A stretch of 64,000 nucleotides of DNA from a virus. Positions 41,971-51,681 of the stretch are shown piece by piece. Below the pieces are notes generated by a model that saw nothing but the letters and a program-made list of their open reading frames with translations, did no database searches and was not told the origin of the DNA. The stretch spans positions 64,001-128,000 of IMG/VR virus record IMGVR_UViG_3300029319_000005; one strand, given 5' to 3'. The translations under genes and the position numbers were made by a program. How positions within the stretch are numbered: position 1 is the first letter of the stretch; every line of letters starts with the position of its first letter.

Positions 41971-43330
41971 GATTATTAAAAAACTCTTCCCATTTGCCAA
42001 CAAGCCTATCAGTATCCATTAGGCTCTTATAAGTCTCATACATATTAAAAGAAATTTGTCTTTTCTGTTTTTCACTATAATTGGCAAACCTATACATCTC
42101 CTCTGCAAACCTTTTTGTATCATAAGCCGGTACAAGTGCACCGTTACTCTCATTAACAAAATCAGAGGCATTGCAGCTATCAAAAGAGATCACTGGCGTT
42201 GCCAAGGCAGCAGACTCATATGTTGTTCTTGGACCAGCATCTCCAATAGTAGTAGAACAACTTATGTCACTAGCCGATAGGATAGTGTTATAGGTATCTT
42301 TATCTACATGGCCGGTGAAAACTACCGGTATGTTTAAGTCTTGTATCTGTGTCGCAACGTTTTTATCGCCCACTTGTGCACATACAAGCAATAGCATCTC
42401 ATTGTACCTGTCTATCTTCATTAAGTGTTTTAATATTTTTAAAGAAGTTATAAAATATTCCATACCCTTTCTTTTTATTGCTATGTCATGTGCTGCCCAG
42501 GTCATAATAAATTTTATATTTTCAACATTAATAGAGCTTTGATTTTCGATAGATTGTAAAATATTTTTTCTTTGCTCTACTTTAGTTTGCCACAAAATAT
42601 CAAAATCATAGTCATAAAAAGAATTTTTTAAAGGTATAAGCACTTTTTCAACATCTTTAAAAATAAAACTTTGATTTGCCTCTTGATAAGAAAAATTATT
42701 TCCCACGTTCAATATAACCGCGTCTTGATTTCTTTTTACGAAATTTTTTGTACTGTTAAAGTTTGATATTAATAATTCCTCACTACCGCTCGCTTTCCCA
42801 AATAAGTCAGGACAAGGCGAGCGACATCCCTCTTTAGTTTTGAATTTATCACAATTATGCTCACTCGGATATGAGCAGCCGCCTGTCCATGTATTATTAA
42901 CAGCAGATAAAATAATAACTTTAGATTTAAAGTGCTTTAAAACTAGTTCTAAAATCGGCAAATTAATATCTGCTTTATCGGCAAGAGCAATAAATTTGTG
43001 ATCCGGCAAATTTTTTATCAAAATATCAGCAGCGCGTTTTATATATTGTTCATGATCATCTTTTACATTTAAATAAATAAAATCATGATTAATTTGTTGC
43101 GCTAAGCGCATATTATCACCTAAAAGACTAACATCAAAAACATCAATATTGTTTTTATATAGACTTTCTAATGTATTTACAAAAATAGATTTTATTTTTA
43201 AATTATTTCTAAAAAAATCAAACATTTGAAAAAGTCCATGATTAGGCTTGCCTTCATTGTGATCAAATGCACTAAAAAATATAACATCGATATTTTTTAA
43301 ATTTTTAAGTTCCTTGTTATCCAGATTCAT
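41960..43330 (-). CDS. GT-B (GT4, WcaC-like) glycosyltransferase
   Basis: 'WTGGC.Y...C', 'RKG', 'P.T.YESAA..TPVISF', 'NGALV'. Confidence 0.75.
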   Translation of the reverse strand: MNLDNKELKNLKNIDVIFFSAFDHNEGKPNHGLFQMFDFFRNNLKIKSIFVNTLESLYKNNIDVFDVSLLGDNMRLAQQINHDFIYLNVKDDHEQYIKRAADILIKNLPDHKFIALADKADINLPILELVLKHFKSKVIILSAVNNTWTGGCSYPSEHNCDKFKTKEGCRSPCPDLFGKASGSEELLISNFNSTKNFVKRNQDAVILNVGNNFSYQEANQSFIFKDVEKVLIPLKNSFYDYDFDILWQTKVEQRKNILQSIENQSSINVENIKFIMTWAAHDIAIKRKGMEYFITSLKILKHLMKIDRYNEMLLLVCAQVGDKNVATQIQDLNIPVVFTGHVDKDTYNTILSASDISCSTTIGDAGPRTTYESAALATPVISFDSCNASDFVNESNGALVPAYDTKRFAEEMYRFANYSEKQKRQISFNMYETYKSLMDTDRLVGKWEEFFNNHGI

Positions 43331-43715
43331 GTTCTTTTTCCAAGATGTAGTATTTTTTCTTAAAACCGGCTTTTTCGAACAACCTCACGCTAGCCTCGTT
43401 ATCCAACTTGACTTTTGCCAAGGCGTTTGGATGTCTTTTCATAAGTTCATTGATCATAAAGATGGCCACCCCTCTTTTCTGGTAGTCGGGATGTGTGGCT
43501 ACTCTTATATCATTGTCAATTACTCCGGCATACCCAGCAGGCTTATTGCTTATCAAGCAAATATAAAACTTATCCCCATGCAACTTCATATATTTTTCAT
43601 GATCTTTCTTAGTTATCTCTTCCTGTTGAATAAACCCTTTTTTAACCTCTTCATGGTTTCTTAAGTTTCTAATAAATTCCCAAAATGTTTTATTGTTTAA
43701 AACAAACTCTTTCAT
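43317..43715 (-). CDS. GNAT N-acetyltransferase (PseH-like)
   Basis: 'HPDYQKRGVA', 'NEASVRLFEKAGF'. Confidence 0.8.
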   Translation of the reverse strand: MKEFVLNNKTFWEFIRNLRNHEEVKKGFIQQEEITKKDHEKYMKLHGDKFYICLISNKPAGYAGVIDNDIRVATHPDYQKRGVAIFMINELMKRHPNALAKVKLDNEASVRLFEKAGFKKKYYILEKEHESG

Positions 43716-43722
43716 ACTTTTC

Positions 43723-44499
43723 CTAAGAACAACTTTTAATTAAGTCCGGATGAAAAACACTATGGTGATATGCTCTTAGATAATCCCTTGAAAGTTCCAT
43801 GCCCATATAGGGGTGTAAAGTAGTACCAACATCAATATAGGTGTTATTATGATTATACTTAAAAAGTTCGTAAATTAAAACCTCACTTAAGCTACTTGCA
43901 GAAAATAGAAAAATGTGATTTTCTATTTTATTATCGTTTATATAACTCTTTATCTCATCGAGCACATCATGATCATTTACAATACAATTTTTACCAACTC
44001 TAAAGTCTTTTTGCACTTGAAATGGCAACTTGCTTAAATCAGCGTTCTCGTTACATATCATTACCACTTTATGATTAGAAAACTCCGGGATGAAATGATT
44101 TACAAACATGGGGTAATTAGAGTTGACCAGCAGATTAGCTGACATAGCGTGCTCGTCGTCAGAGCCGTACAAGTCTCTCATCCAAGGCTTAAATTCTCTA
44201 GAGGCACAAGTGCAATTTCTACAAATACCGCCAACAAAGTAATTATCTTTCTTATATTTGTATGCCTCTATTAATTTATCAGTTAAAAACTTATCTCTTT
44301 TAGGATCAAACTCCTTATGATCATTTTCAGAATATCCAAAATTATAAACCGTTTCTCCCAATATAACTTTATCACTACCGAGAACCAAAAGTTTTCCTTG
44401 CATGATAGCTATTTCCCCATCTGAAAATCTGCTAAAAGCAAAGCTTTCCCCGTTTTGCAGTTTATGCAAAAGCTTGTAAAAATCTTTTTTAAAATCCAT
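43723..44499 (-). CDS. GT-D fold (DUF1792-like) glycosyltransferase
   Basis: N-terminal 'FSRFSDGE' and C-terminal 'IDVG'. Confidence 0.6.
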   Translation of the reverse strand: MDFKKDFYKLLHKLQNGESFAFSRFSDGEIAIMQGKLLVLGSDKVILGETVYNFGYSENDHKEFDPKRDKFLTDKLIEAYKYKKDNYFVGGICRNCTCASREFKPWMRDLYGSDDEHAMSANLLVNSNYPMFVNHFIPEFSNHKVVMICNENADLSKLPFQVQKDFRVGKNCIVNDHDVLDEIKSYINDNKIENHIFLFSASSLSEVLIYELFKYNHNNTYIDVGTTLHPYMGMELSRDYLRAYHHSVFHPDLIKSCS

Positions 44500-45493
44500 G
44501 TTTTTCCTTCAATATTTTACATATTTTTTCAGCAGACTTGCCGTCTCCATACGGACACTCTTCTTTTTCATCCGGAATATGATCTTCATCCACCCACTCT
44601 ACAAGGCCAGGTAAATCGTCCACCCCCATACACAAAAAAGCAAAAGTCCCCATACCTTCGATTCTTTCTGTCGTTTCTCTACAAACGATACACTTTTTTC
44701 TAAAGAAGGACGATTCTTCCTGTAGCCCTCCGCTGTCGGTGATTACAAACTTACAAGAAGCTAAAAGTTCAATAAATTCGCCATACTCCATTGGCCTCAC
44801 AACATTTACATGATGCAATAAATCTTTATGTTTATAAACATTAGGATTTGGATGGATCGGCAATATAAACTCTAGATGCTTATTCTTTTTTGCGATTTCA
44901 TCAAGCTTGCGAAACCACTGCGGGATTAAATTGTGATTTTCTCGACGATGCATTGTTATAACAACTTTATTTGTATATTCGGCTTTTATATCTACAATAT
45001 TATCCAAAACAGTGTTACCAACAACATATGAACTGCCTCGTACTCTTTCTGCTTTTAGGTTTCTTTCTGCTCCCTCCGTTGGGCACAGGTTTATGTCTGA
45101 CATCCTTGATATTGCCTGTCTATTAAACTCTTCCGGATAAGGGTTTAGCATATCATAAGTTCTAAGCCCTGCTTCAAGATGAATTATTTTTATTTTTCTA
45201 TGAAACGCCGCCAAAGCAACAGAAAAAGCAGAGGTTGTGTCTCCTTGAATTAACACCGCGCTAACTCCATCAAAGATGTGGTCGTTGTTCATTACAGATG
45301 ATACAATTGAGTCTAGGCGACTATCTCCATCTATAATTTCAAGCCTGCTGACGTCTTCTTCTATTGAAGATAAGAGATCTGTATGTTGTCCCGTCAAAAG
45401 CAACTTATAATCGATATCTTGTTTAGAAAAGGCGTTTAATAATGGTTTTATTTTTATATATTCAGGTCTTGTGCCAAAGCTTATAAGTATCAT
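44489..45493 (-). CDS. wecB: UDP-N-acetylglucosamine 2-epimerase (non-hydrolysing)
   Basis: 'GTRPE.IK', 'TGQH', 'QGDT', 'HLEAGLR', 'PEE.NR', 'HRREN', 'TDSGGLQEE'. ATG 45493 forms an ATGA overlap. Confidence 0.9.
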   Translation of the reverse strand: MILISFGTRPEYIKIKPLLNAFSKQDIDYKLLLTGQHTDLLSSIEEDVSRLEIIDGDSRLDSIVSSVMNNDHIFDGVSAVLIQGDTTSAFSVALAAFHRKIKIIHLEAGLRTYDMLNPYPEEFNRQAISRMSDINLCPTEGAERNLKAERVRGSSYVVGNTVLDNIVDIKAEYTNKVVITMHRRENHNLIPQWFRKLDEIAKKNKHLEFILPIHPNPNVYKHKDLLHHVNVVRPMEYGEFIELLASCKFVITDSGGLQEESSFFRKKCIVCRETTERIEGMGTFAFLCMGVDDLPGLVEWVDEDHIPDEKEECPYGDGKSAEKICKILKEKHGF

Positions 45494-47115
45494 ATTTTTA
45501 CTCCTCGAACTGTTTCCCAACCATTCTTTATACCATGTATAACACACATATCTCTTTCACTAAAGAATTGTTGATGAGTTGTCTCATTATTATTTGATGT
45601 TGCCTTAGAATCAATACCTAACTCGTTACCAAGCGTAGACCCATGCATCTCTTTATTATCAGGAGGGTGTGGAGGACAGAAAGTTTTTATACCTCCATAT
45701 GTTTTAGCAGAGTAGGCAAACTGTATATCTTCTCCGTTGTCCCAGGTCGGGGGCTTCTCTTTCCAAAGATATTGAAGCCATTCTCTTTTAAAAAACCAAG
45801 CATGCCCTACCAAATCAACCTCTTCCGTCTCCGGGTTTTGCGTCGGCCAGCCACATCGATCATGTTTGACGTAATGATAATCATTCAAAATTATACCAGC
45901 GCTACCTAGAATACCCTCGTGTGTTTCCATGGTGTCTAAGCAATTTTTAAACCACAGGTTCCCTGGTATGGTGTCGTCATCAAAAATTGCAATATATTCC
46001 GTATCAGCCAACAAAGCTCCAGCAAAACGTCCATAAAACTTCCAATTATGATTATTGTGAAATATTTTGTCTAGCCCAAGCTCAGAATAATCAAAATCAT
46101 GATTATCTTCATGATCATTTACCCAAAGCCATATTTCTTTACATCCTACGATTTGACTTCTTATAGCCTCTATTTGTCTCTTTAAATTATATGGTCTTCT
46201 ATATGAGTTCAATATAACTGTTATATCCGCAATATTCGAAGACCTTTCTTTTTTGAAAAAATTAATCCCCTCTGTACCCGCCACAACAGACGCTACCGTA
46301 TCAATGATCTCTTCCCTTTTAGATTCAACAAAATTTAGAAGCTCCTCTCCTTCTAGCTTCCCAAACCACTCCTCCGAAGTACATCCGTTATTCCCGTTTG
46401 TTACAAGCTTGCATCCAAGAATCCTGGCCTCTACAGCTAACCTACAAAAGGTTTCCAGAACCTGCGAAAAAAAGACTAGGCTTTTAAATTCAGCCAGTTG
46501 TGGGATCAAATCTTCAAAAGAGCACGGCTGGATTAACTCATAGGGGTTGTTTAATTTTCTACAGAACGCCTCTGCCTGTCGCGTCCCTTTAACGGCATTT
46601 GTAGAAGCAATAATTGCTTTGTTTCTTTTCTTATCTTTGTTTAAGTTTTCTCTAAGTACACGAATATGGTTGTCAGACCACATGCTACAACCCAAATTAA
46701 CAACATTGTTTATAAGTAAGTTTTTATTAACAACTTCGGAATGTATCTTAGATTGACAAAAGACAGCCTTTGCTCTTTTATAAAATTCCTTGTTTATAAT
46801 TTGATCTTCAGTAGCCAAATAGTTAGGAAATAGAGAAGGGTCTCTAGTCTTTAGATATTTGTGATCATGTTCAAATATCACATATTCTTTCTGATGAAGC
46901 GCAGATAGAGAGGCGGAGTCTAAAGCTACGAAATTAGCAACAATAAAAAAATCATTACTTTGTTTAATAAAATCCTCTGTGACTTCTTGGCTTTTTAGCT
47001 TACGAACACTAAAACCTCTATTCTTGAGACCATCGATTAAAACTTCATTAACGAGTTCTCCGCCACCAGGAACTTCATTAGCATAAAAGTCCGCTATAAA
47101 GATTATAGTTCTCAT
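45490..47115 (-). CDS. Two-domain glycosyltransferase (GT-B-like N-terminal half, GT-A-like C-terminal half)
   Basis: N half: 'GGGE', 'KG', 'ETFCRLAVEA..LGC'. C half: 'FDDD', 'GEDI'. Confidence 0.7.
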   Translation of the reverse strand: MRTIIFIADFYANEVPGGGELVNEVLIDGLKNRGFSVRKLKSQEVTEDFIKQSNDFFIVANFVALDSASLSALHQKEYVIFEHDHKYLKTRDPSLFPNYLATEDQIINKEFYKRAKAVFCQSKIHSEVVNKNLLINNVVNLGCSMWSDNHIRVLRENLNKDKKRNKAIIASTNAVKGTRQAEAFCRKLNNPYELIQPCSFEDLIPQLAEFKSLVFFSQVLETFCRLAVEARILGCKLVTNGNNGCTSEEWFGKLEGEELLNFVESKREEIIDTVASVVAGTEGINFFKKERSSNIADITVILNSYRRPYNLKRQIEAIRSQIVGCKEIWLWVNDHEDNHDFDYSELGLDKIFHNNHNWKFYGRFAGALLADTEYIAIFDDDTIPGNLWFKNCLDTMETHEGILGSAGIILNDYHYVKHDRCGWPTQNPETEEVDLVGHAWFFKREWLQYLWKEKPPTWDNGEDIQFAYSAKTYGGIKTFCPPHPPDNKEMHGSTLGNELGIDSKATSNNNETTHQQFFSERDMCVIHGIKNGWETVRGVKI

Positions 47116-48368
47116 CCAAATACCTGCACATCTTCTTCCTTCTCTTGTGGTATTGCATCAAGAATTGCATCAGACATCTTTTTGTACATTTTCTCCTCTT
47201 CAAATTCTTCAGCAATCCAGCTTTGTAGATTCTTTGCTTGTTTTTTAAATCTAGAGTGATCTTTGAAAATGTCTCTTAGTTTGTTTTTATACGACTTCGG
47301 GTCTGGGTAGCACCAGGCAGTTTGTTCTTCTATAACCCCTTCCCATCTAGCCTCTGGCTGGACTTGTCCTAGTTCATAGTCAACTTTAGCAAACATGGCT
47401 TTTTTCTTAACTTTGCCTTTTTTGTTTTCAACAGGCATGTATAAGAAATCAAGATGCCCGCTCCAGTCTGGTGCCAAAACCGGGAGTCCTGCCTGTGCAG
47501 CTTCGAACAGCGGCAAACCAAATCCTTCTCCGTGTGCAAGATTGATTATAGCTTTTATTTTGTTATTCCTGTATAAGCCATGTATCTCCTCATCGTGCAG
47601 ACCTCCGTGCAATAGATATACGCTGCATTTTCTATCCGGGTATCCTTGTAATATTGTTCTTATCTTTTGTTCGCAATTGTACCTATCGTATACACAATTT
47701 TTTGCAAGATTCGCCTTAACAACAAGACCTACTTCATCATTAGCAAATTCTTCCACAAACCACTTGATTGTGTTGTCTAAATTTTTTCTGGGCGACCATT
47801 GGGCCACACAAAGAAAATTAAAATCATTTGCAAGCTCTAGATTTAGATCGACTGGCTGCAACTCTTTGGCGGGGTAGTTTACAACCTCTATTGGTTTTGT
47901 ACACTTAAAGTCGTTTCGAATCACTTCTCCGCCAGGACCATGAACAGTGCAAACTGTTCTAAGAAAGCCTTCTTTTGCGTGCTCAGAAGTTACAATGATT
48001 TTATCAATAACCTCTTCTGTCTTTTGAATCCACGAAGGTGACACCATGTTTGTTTCTATACCGGCTGTTATTCCAATATTTGTCTTTGCTATTCTTTCCC
48101 ATTCATTAGGAATTGTTACTTGTAAAGAAATATCAAATTGCGCATTGTCTTGCTGTACAGCATGTATAGTCTTATGAATTAAAAAATCTATCCACTTTCT
48201 TTCTTCTGTATCTTCCGGTGTGACACCGGTTGCTCCCCAGTTAATGTTTATTACATGAATATCAAAAATATCCTCTCGTCTTTTCAAAGATCTTAAAACA
48301 AACCTAGCATGCTCCCCATAGCCAGACCTAGAAAGCACAGGAGCTTTTAGTACAATTTTATATCTCAT
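47112..48368 (-). CDS. GT4 glycosyltransferase
   Basis: 'SGYG', 'RKN', 'GEGFGLPLFEA...GLPV...WSGH.DF'. Start at ATG 48368. Confidence 0.85.
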   Translation of the reverse strand: MRYKIVLKAPVLSRSGYGEHARFVLRSLKRREDIFDIHVININWGATGVTPEDTEERKWIDFLIHKTIHAVQQDNAQFDISLQVTIPNEWERIAKTNIGITAGIETNMVSPSWIQKTEEVIDKIIVTSEHAKEGFLRTVCTVHGPGGEVIRNDFKCTKPIEVVNYPAKELQPVDLNLELANDFNFLCVAQWSPRKNLDNTIKWFVEEFANDEVGLVVKANLAKNCVYDRYNCEQKIRTILQGYPDRKCSVYLLHGGLHDEEIHGLYRNNKIKAIINLAHGEGFGLPLFEAAQAGLPVLAPDWSGHLDFLYMPVENKKGKVKKKAMFAKVDYELGQVQPEARWEGVIEEQTAWCYPDPKSYKNKLRDIFKDHSRFKKQAKNLQSWIAEEFEEEKMYKKMSDAILDAIPQEKEEDVQVFG

Positions 48369-49612
48369 CTCATCTCCTTTAGAGACCAACGGTTATGCTT
48401 CTTTCTGCTTTCCCAAGACCCATGTTCATTATGAATTTTATCCATAAGGTCCACCCATTGCTTGCCATAGTTTTCAAAATTATAATTATTCAAAATATAT
48501 TCGCGACCAGCTTTCCCCATCTTCTTTCTTTCTTCATCAGTTTTGTTATACATATCAAGCAGTGCTTGTACTACGTCTTCTTGAGAAACTCTATCCTCAC
48601 GTATATAAGGTACCTGCAAAGAGCCAATAACTGAGGATGCCGCCGGATTAAGACCAATTCCAAACCAATTCTCTCCGTCCGTCACTTGCTCTTGAAGACC
48701 GCCCGTCATCGTAACAATAATCGGTGTCTCACAGGATAAAGATTCCATCGTACCAAGGCCAAACCCCTCAGCGTCAGCTATATTTATTGTACAATCGGCG
48801 GCATTATATAATAATGATAAGATTTCTGGGGGGTGTTTTTGTGTTGAGAAAACCACTTCACGATTTGTCAACCCAAGCTCTTCAACAATCGCTCCTAAAT
48901 CTTGGCCGTGGGGGTCTCTAATATCGGTGTGCATTATAAGCCTAGCGTTCTCCTTACCAACAACTTTTAAAAATTCATTAAACCACCATATAAGAGTGCC
49001 GCTTTGTTTTCTTCTCGCATTTCTATTGTTCCAAAAAACTGTGAACTTTCCATCATCTAAAGAATGCTGCTTTTTAAACTCGGCTAAAGCTTGATCATCT
49101 GCTTTAGAAAAAATGTCATTATTGACCGCATGAGGTATGTAGTAGCTCTCTACGCTAGGCGCAACCGTTTTAACAATGTCGTCAGTGACTTTAGAAATGC
49201 TAACAACAACATCACAGGATTCATAGTGACGCTTATTGAATTTGGGATAAGGGTAATTGTCCCAAACATGATAATATACCATTGGTATTAAAGGCCGAAT
49301 CTCATTTTCTATATCCCATAACCACTCATAAAACCTCGGATCAGTCATAAACCACAATATATCTGGCTTATGAGTCCTTATAATTGATCTAACGCTATCA
49401 TGATTTCCATACCCGTCGACTGGGAAAATCAGAACGTCGTCTCCGTATTTGATCGGTTCATAACTGTGATGCTTTACTGCCCCTCCAAAGCAAACAAACT
49501 CATATCTGCCCGTCTTTAGCAGAGCATCAACCATGTATTTTGTCTGAGTGCCTACTCCAGACGGCGACAAAATCATATCGCTAAGTATAAAGACTTTCGT
49601 TTTCTTATTCAC
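48365..49612 (-). CDS. GT4 glycosyltransferase
   Basis: 'SGVG', 'NRN.RRK', 'EGFGL..MESLSC.TPII...TGG'. Confidence 0.85.
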   Translation of the reverse strand: MNKKTKVFILSDMILSPSGVGTQTKYMVDALLKTGRYEFVCFGGAVKHHSYEPIKYGDDVLIFPVDGYGNHDSVRSIIRTHKPDILWFMTDPRFYEWLWDIENEIRPLIPMVYYHVWDNYPYPKFNKRHYESCDVVVSISKVTDDIVKTVAPSVESYYIPHAVNNDIFSKADDQALAEFKKQHSLDDGKFTVFWNNRNARRKQSGTLIWWFNEFLKVVGKENARLIMHTDIRDPHGQDLGAIVEELGLTNREVVFSTQKHPPEILSLLYNAADCTINIADAEGFGLGTMESLSCETPIIVTMTGGLQEQVTDGENWFGIGLNPAASSVIGSLQVPYIREDRVSQEDVVQALLDMYNKTDEERKKMGKAGREYILNNYNFENYGKQWVDLMDKIHNEHGSWESRKKHNRWSLKEMR

Positions 49613-49621
49613 ACTTTCCTC

Positions 49622-50401
49622 TTATGTGCAGTGTTCTGTCTTATAAAACTCACAGACAAATCCACTTGTACAAGCAAGCCTATTTTTGACGTGGTTTTCT
49701 TTAAGTATATTATGCACTGTATTATTCAACATTTTAAGAGCATTCTCTGTTTTTTTATTTCCGCTAGTTACACGAAAAATTTCAACTTTATTATCTTTTG
49801 CCGTTCTTTTTAACAGACCAAAGTAAGTCTCAATCATAGATGGATCTATATTATGCTTCTGTGCATAATATTTTTTGTATAAAGTCAGTTGGTAAGTAGT
49901 CATTTTGTCCGACTTCTTTTTAGCATCCCAACCCCAACTACAAGTTTTCCAATCTAAAATATGATGTTTTCCATCTTCAGTTTTTATAACTAAATCAATG
50001 TAGCCTTTAAATATTTGACTATCAAAGTTTTCCATACTTTCATAAAGACCCTCTTCGGTAGAAACAACTTCAAAGTTGCCAAAATAGCTCTCTAGAGCAG
50101 GAACCGCCCCTTCGGCTAAATCAGGCCCTTCTCGATACATACTATCAATTAAATCTTGATTTAGGTTTTCTTTTGTAGCTTCTGGTAGTTTGGCTAGTTC
50201 GTTTGCGAAAGCTTCACGAAAATGTTTTGCTTTGTCAAAAGTGTCAGAAACAACAGAATTTTCACAAACAGAATGAATAGCGGTTCCAAATGCAGTATGT
50301 TCGCTTCCTTGAAAGTCATAAACTTTATCTAAATACTTAAGCTTATGTTTATAAGGGCACTCGTTCCAAATTCGAAACTCAGAATATGATATGTGAGACA
50401 T
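49622..50401 (-). CDS. PD-(D/E)XK nuclease, Cas4/AddB/RecB-like, with a probable Fe-S staple
   Basis: 'SYS..CP', 'FGTAIH', 'GYIDLV..ILDWKT', 'QLTLY'. One N-terminal and three C-terminal Cys. Confidence 0.8.
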   Translation of the reverse strand: MSHISYSEFRIWNECPYKHKLKYLDKVYDFQGSEHTAFGTAIHSVCENSVVSDTFDKAKHFREAFANELAKLPEATKENLNQDLIDSMYREGPDLAEGAVPALESYFGNFEVVSTEEGLYESMENFDSQIFKGYIDLVIKTEDGKHHILDWKTCSWGWDAKKKSDKMTTYQLTLYKKYYAQKHNIDPSMIETYFGLLKRTAKDNKVEIFRVTSGNKKTENALKMLNNTVHNILKENHVKNRLACTSGFVCEFYKTEHCT

Positions 50402-50411
50402 TTTACCTCTT

Positions 50412-50729
50412 TTAAGATTTTTTAGTATTATCTAAACGCTTTACTTTAACACTATTATTACTCTTTTTCAAGGATTTGTTTTTGGTAGAAAATACCCAAG
50501 TCACATCTTGATCCGAGTACTTGTTTCTTACATGTCCCTCTTGTACAACTGCTTTAATCTTATGTCCGCTCTCTGCTAGCCAACTAATCACATCTTGAGT
50601 TGAGATCCAAACCAAGGCATCTGTGTTTCTATTTTTATATACAGGGGCGATGACTCTAACCTCTATTGTTCCATTGCTTTTATTTAATTGAGCGTTGTTT
50701 TTTAAATACTCAGAACTTTCCTGTTTCAT
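50412..50729 (-). CDS. Hypothetical protein
   Basis: 105-aa ORF with GGAGG SD. Confidence 0.65.
   Translation of the reverse strand: MKQESSEYLKNNAQLNKSNGTIEVRVIAPVYKNRNTDALVWISTQDVISWLAESGHKIKAVVQEGHVRNKYSDQDVTWVFSTKNKSLKKSNNSVKVKRLDNTKKS
50443..50471 (-). promoter_or_regulatory. Sigma70-type promoter embedded in a gene end, upstream of the nuclease and glycan operon
   Basis: TTGAAA-17 nt-TAAAGT with extended TG, ~40 nt upstream of ATG 50401. Confidence 0.45.
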
Positions 50730-51408
50730 TATTTTCCTCCATGTTATTTAAGTTATTAACTTTATTATATAATTTTGGACTTATTTCTGCCAAGGCTCTT
50801 CTATCTCCTAAATAGTATTCCTCGAACCCACTAGCAAAATATTCTCTTAAAGATGTGACAGGATAGGGTGATATAAATAAACCTAATACAAAGTTGTTTA
50901 ATTTAGCATAGCCCACTTCTTCATAAAAGAACTCGTCTAGATCCCTGACATACTCTGTATTTAAAAAATTATGGGGGGATATATTATAACCATGAGATCC
51001 AAGAATTCTACGCAAAGTGTTTCTCTTAGCTAAAAATTCTCCACGAATTTGATCGTCTCCGTAAACATCTTGGTTATAGTTTTCCTCCACCAAATGAGCT
51101 ATTTCATGAACAAGGTCATCCAGCATGTCCAAATTGTCATCCTGCTCATTCGTTAAATATATAGCACCAGAATCATACATCGCATTGACATCTCTATCTC
51201 TAAGATGATCAAAATCACCAATATATACAACATCCAAATTTCTAGTAAAGTTTGCTGGAATGATTGTCTCTAATTCTTTTAAGACTTGTCTTAAATCAAT
51301 ATCCTCTGGGAGGGGGTCCTTCACGAAGACGTCCACATCTCCAAAAATTACAAGATGCTCCTGCCTCTTCCTGGCTCTTTTGCTACTCTCCAGAATGTAG
51401 TGTTTCAT
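50710..51408 (-). CDS. Zincin-like metallopeptidase
   Basis: 'LVHEIAHLVE' (HExxH) with a downstream 'REYFA..F' third-ligand Glu. Confidence 0.65.
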   Translation of the reverse strand: MKHYILESSKRARKRQEHLVIFGDVDVFVKDPLPEDIDLRQVLKELETIIPANFTRNLDVVYIGDFDHLRDRDVNAMYDSGAIYLTNEQDDNLDMLDDLVHEIAHLVEENYNQDVYGDDQIRGEFLAKRNTLRRILGSHGYNISPHNFLNTEYVRDLDEFFYEEVGYAKLNNFVLGLFISPYPVTSLREYFASGFEEYYLGDRRALAEISPKLYNKVNNLNNMEENNETGKF

Positions 51409-51664
51409 TTTGTTCTTCCTGGGCTAATCTTTGACCCTCTTCGACGTCTTCCAGCGCCTGTTGGTACCCTCTAACCCAGTTTTCTTCAGCTACCGCCATT
51501 AAGAATTCGGGAAATTCTTTTGCTAAGACATCAATAATGTTTTCAACAGTGACATTTTCATCGTTAGGATTAGTTTTGTTTCCAACATAATCAACAAGCA
51601 ATGATTTTAATTCATTTTCCGGCTCTACTGTTTCAATTAAAGTAGTATTTTGTAATTCCATCAT
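51383..51664 (-). CDS. Conserved-looking hypothetical protein
   Basis: 93 aa with a strong AGGAGG SD. Confidence 0.75.
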   Translation of the reverse strand: MMELQNTTLIETVEPENELKSLLVDYVGNKTNPNDENVTVENIIDVLAKEFPEFLMAVAEENWVRGYQQALEDVEEGQRLAQEEQNETLHSGE

Positions 51665-51681
51665 TTCCTCCTGACTTCAAC

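Noticed and set aside
33162-49612. Bacterial O-antigen/capsule locus (cellular chromosome or prophage boundary)
   Set aside because: No flippase, polymerase or initiating transferase. The genes are contiguous and co-oriented with the phage sigma and baseplate genes, and no integrase or att site was seen.
49622-50401. CRISPR-Cas locus suggested by the Cas4-like gene
   Set aside because: No repeat-spacer array or other cas genes were seen.
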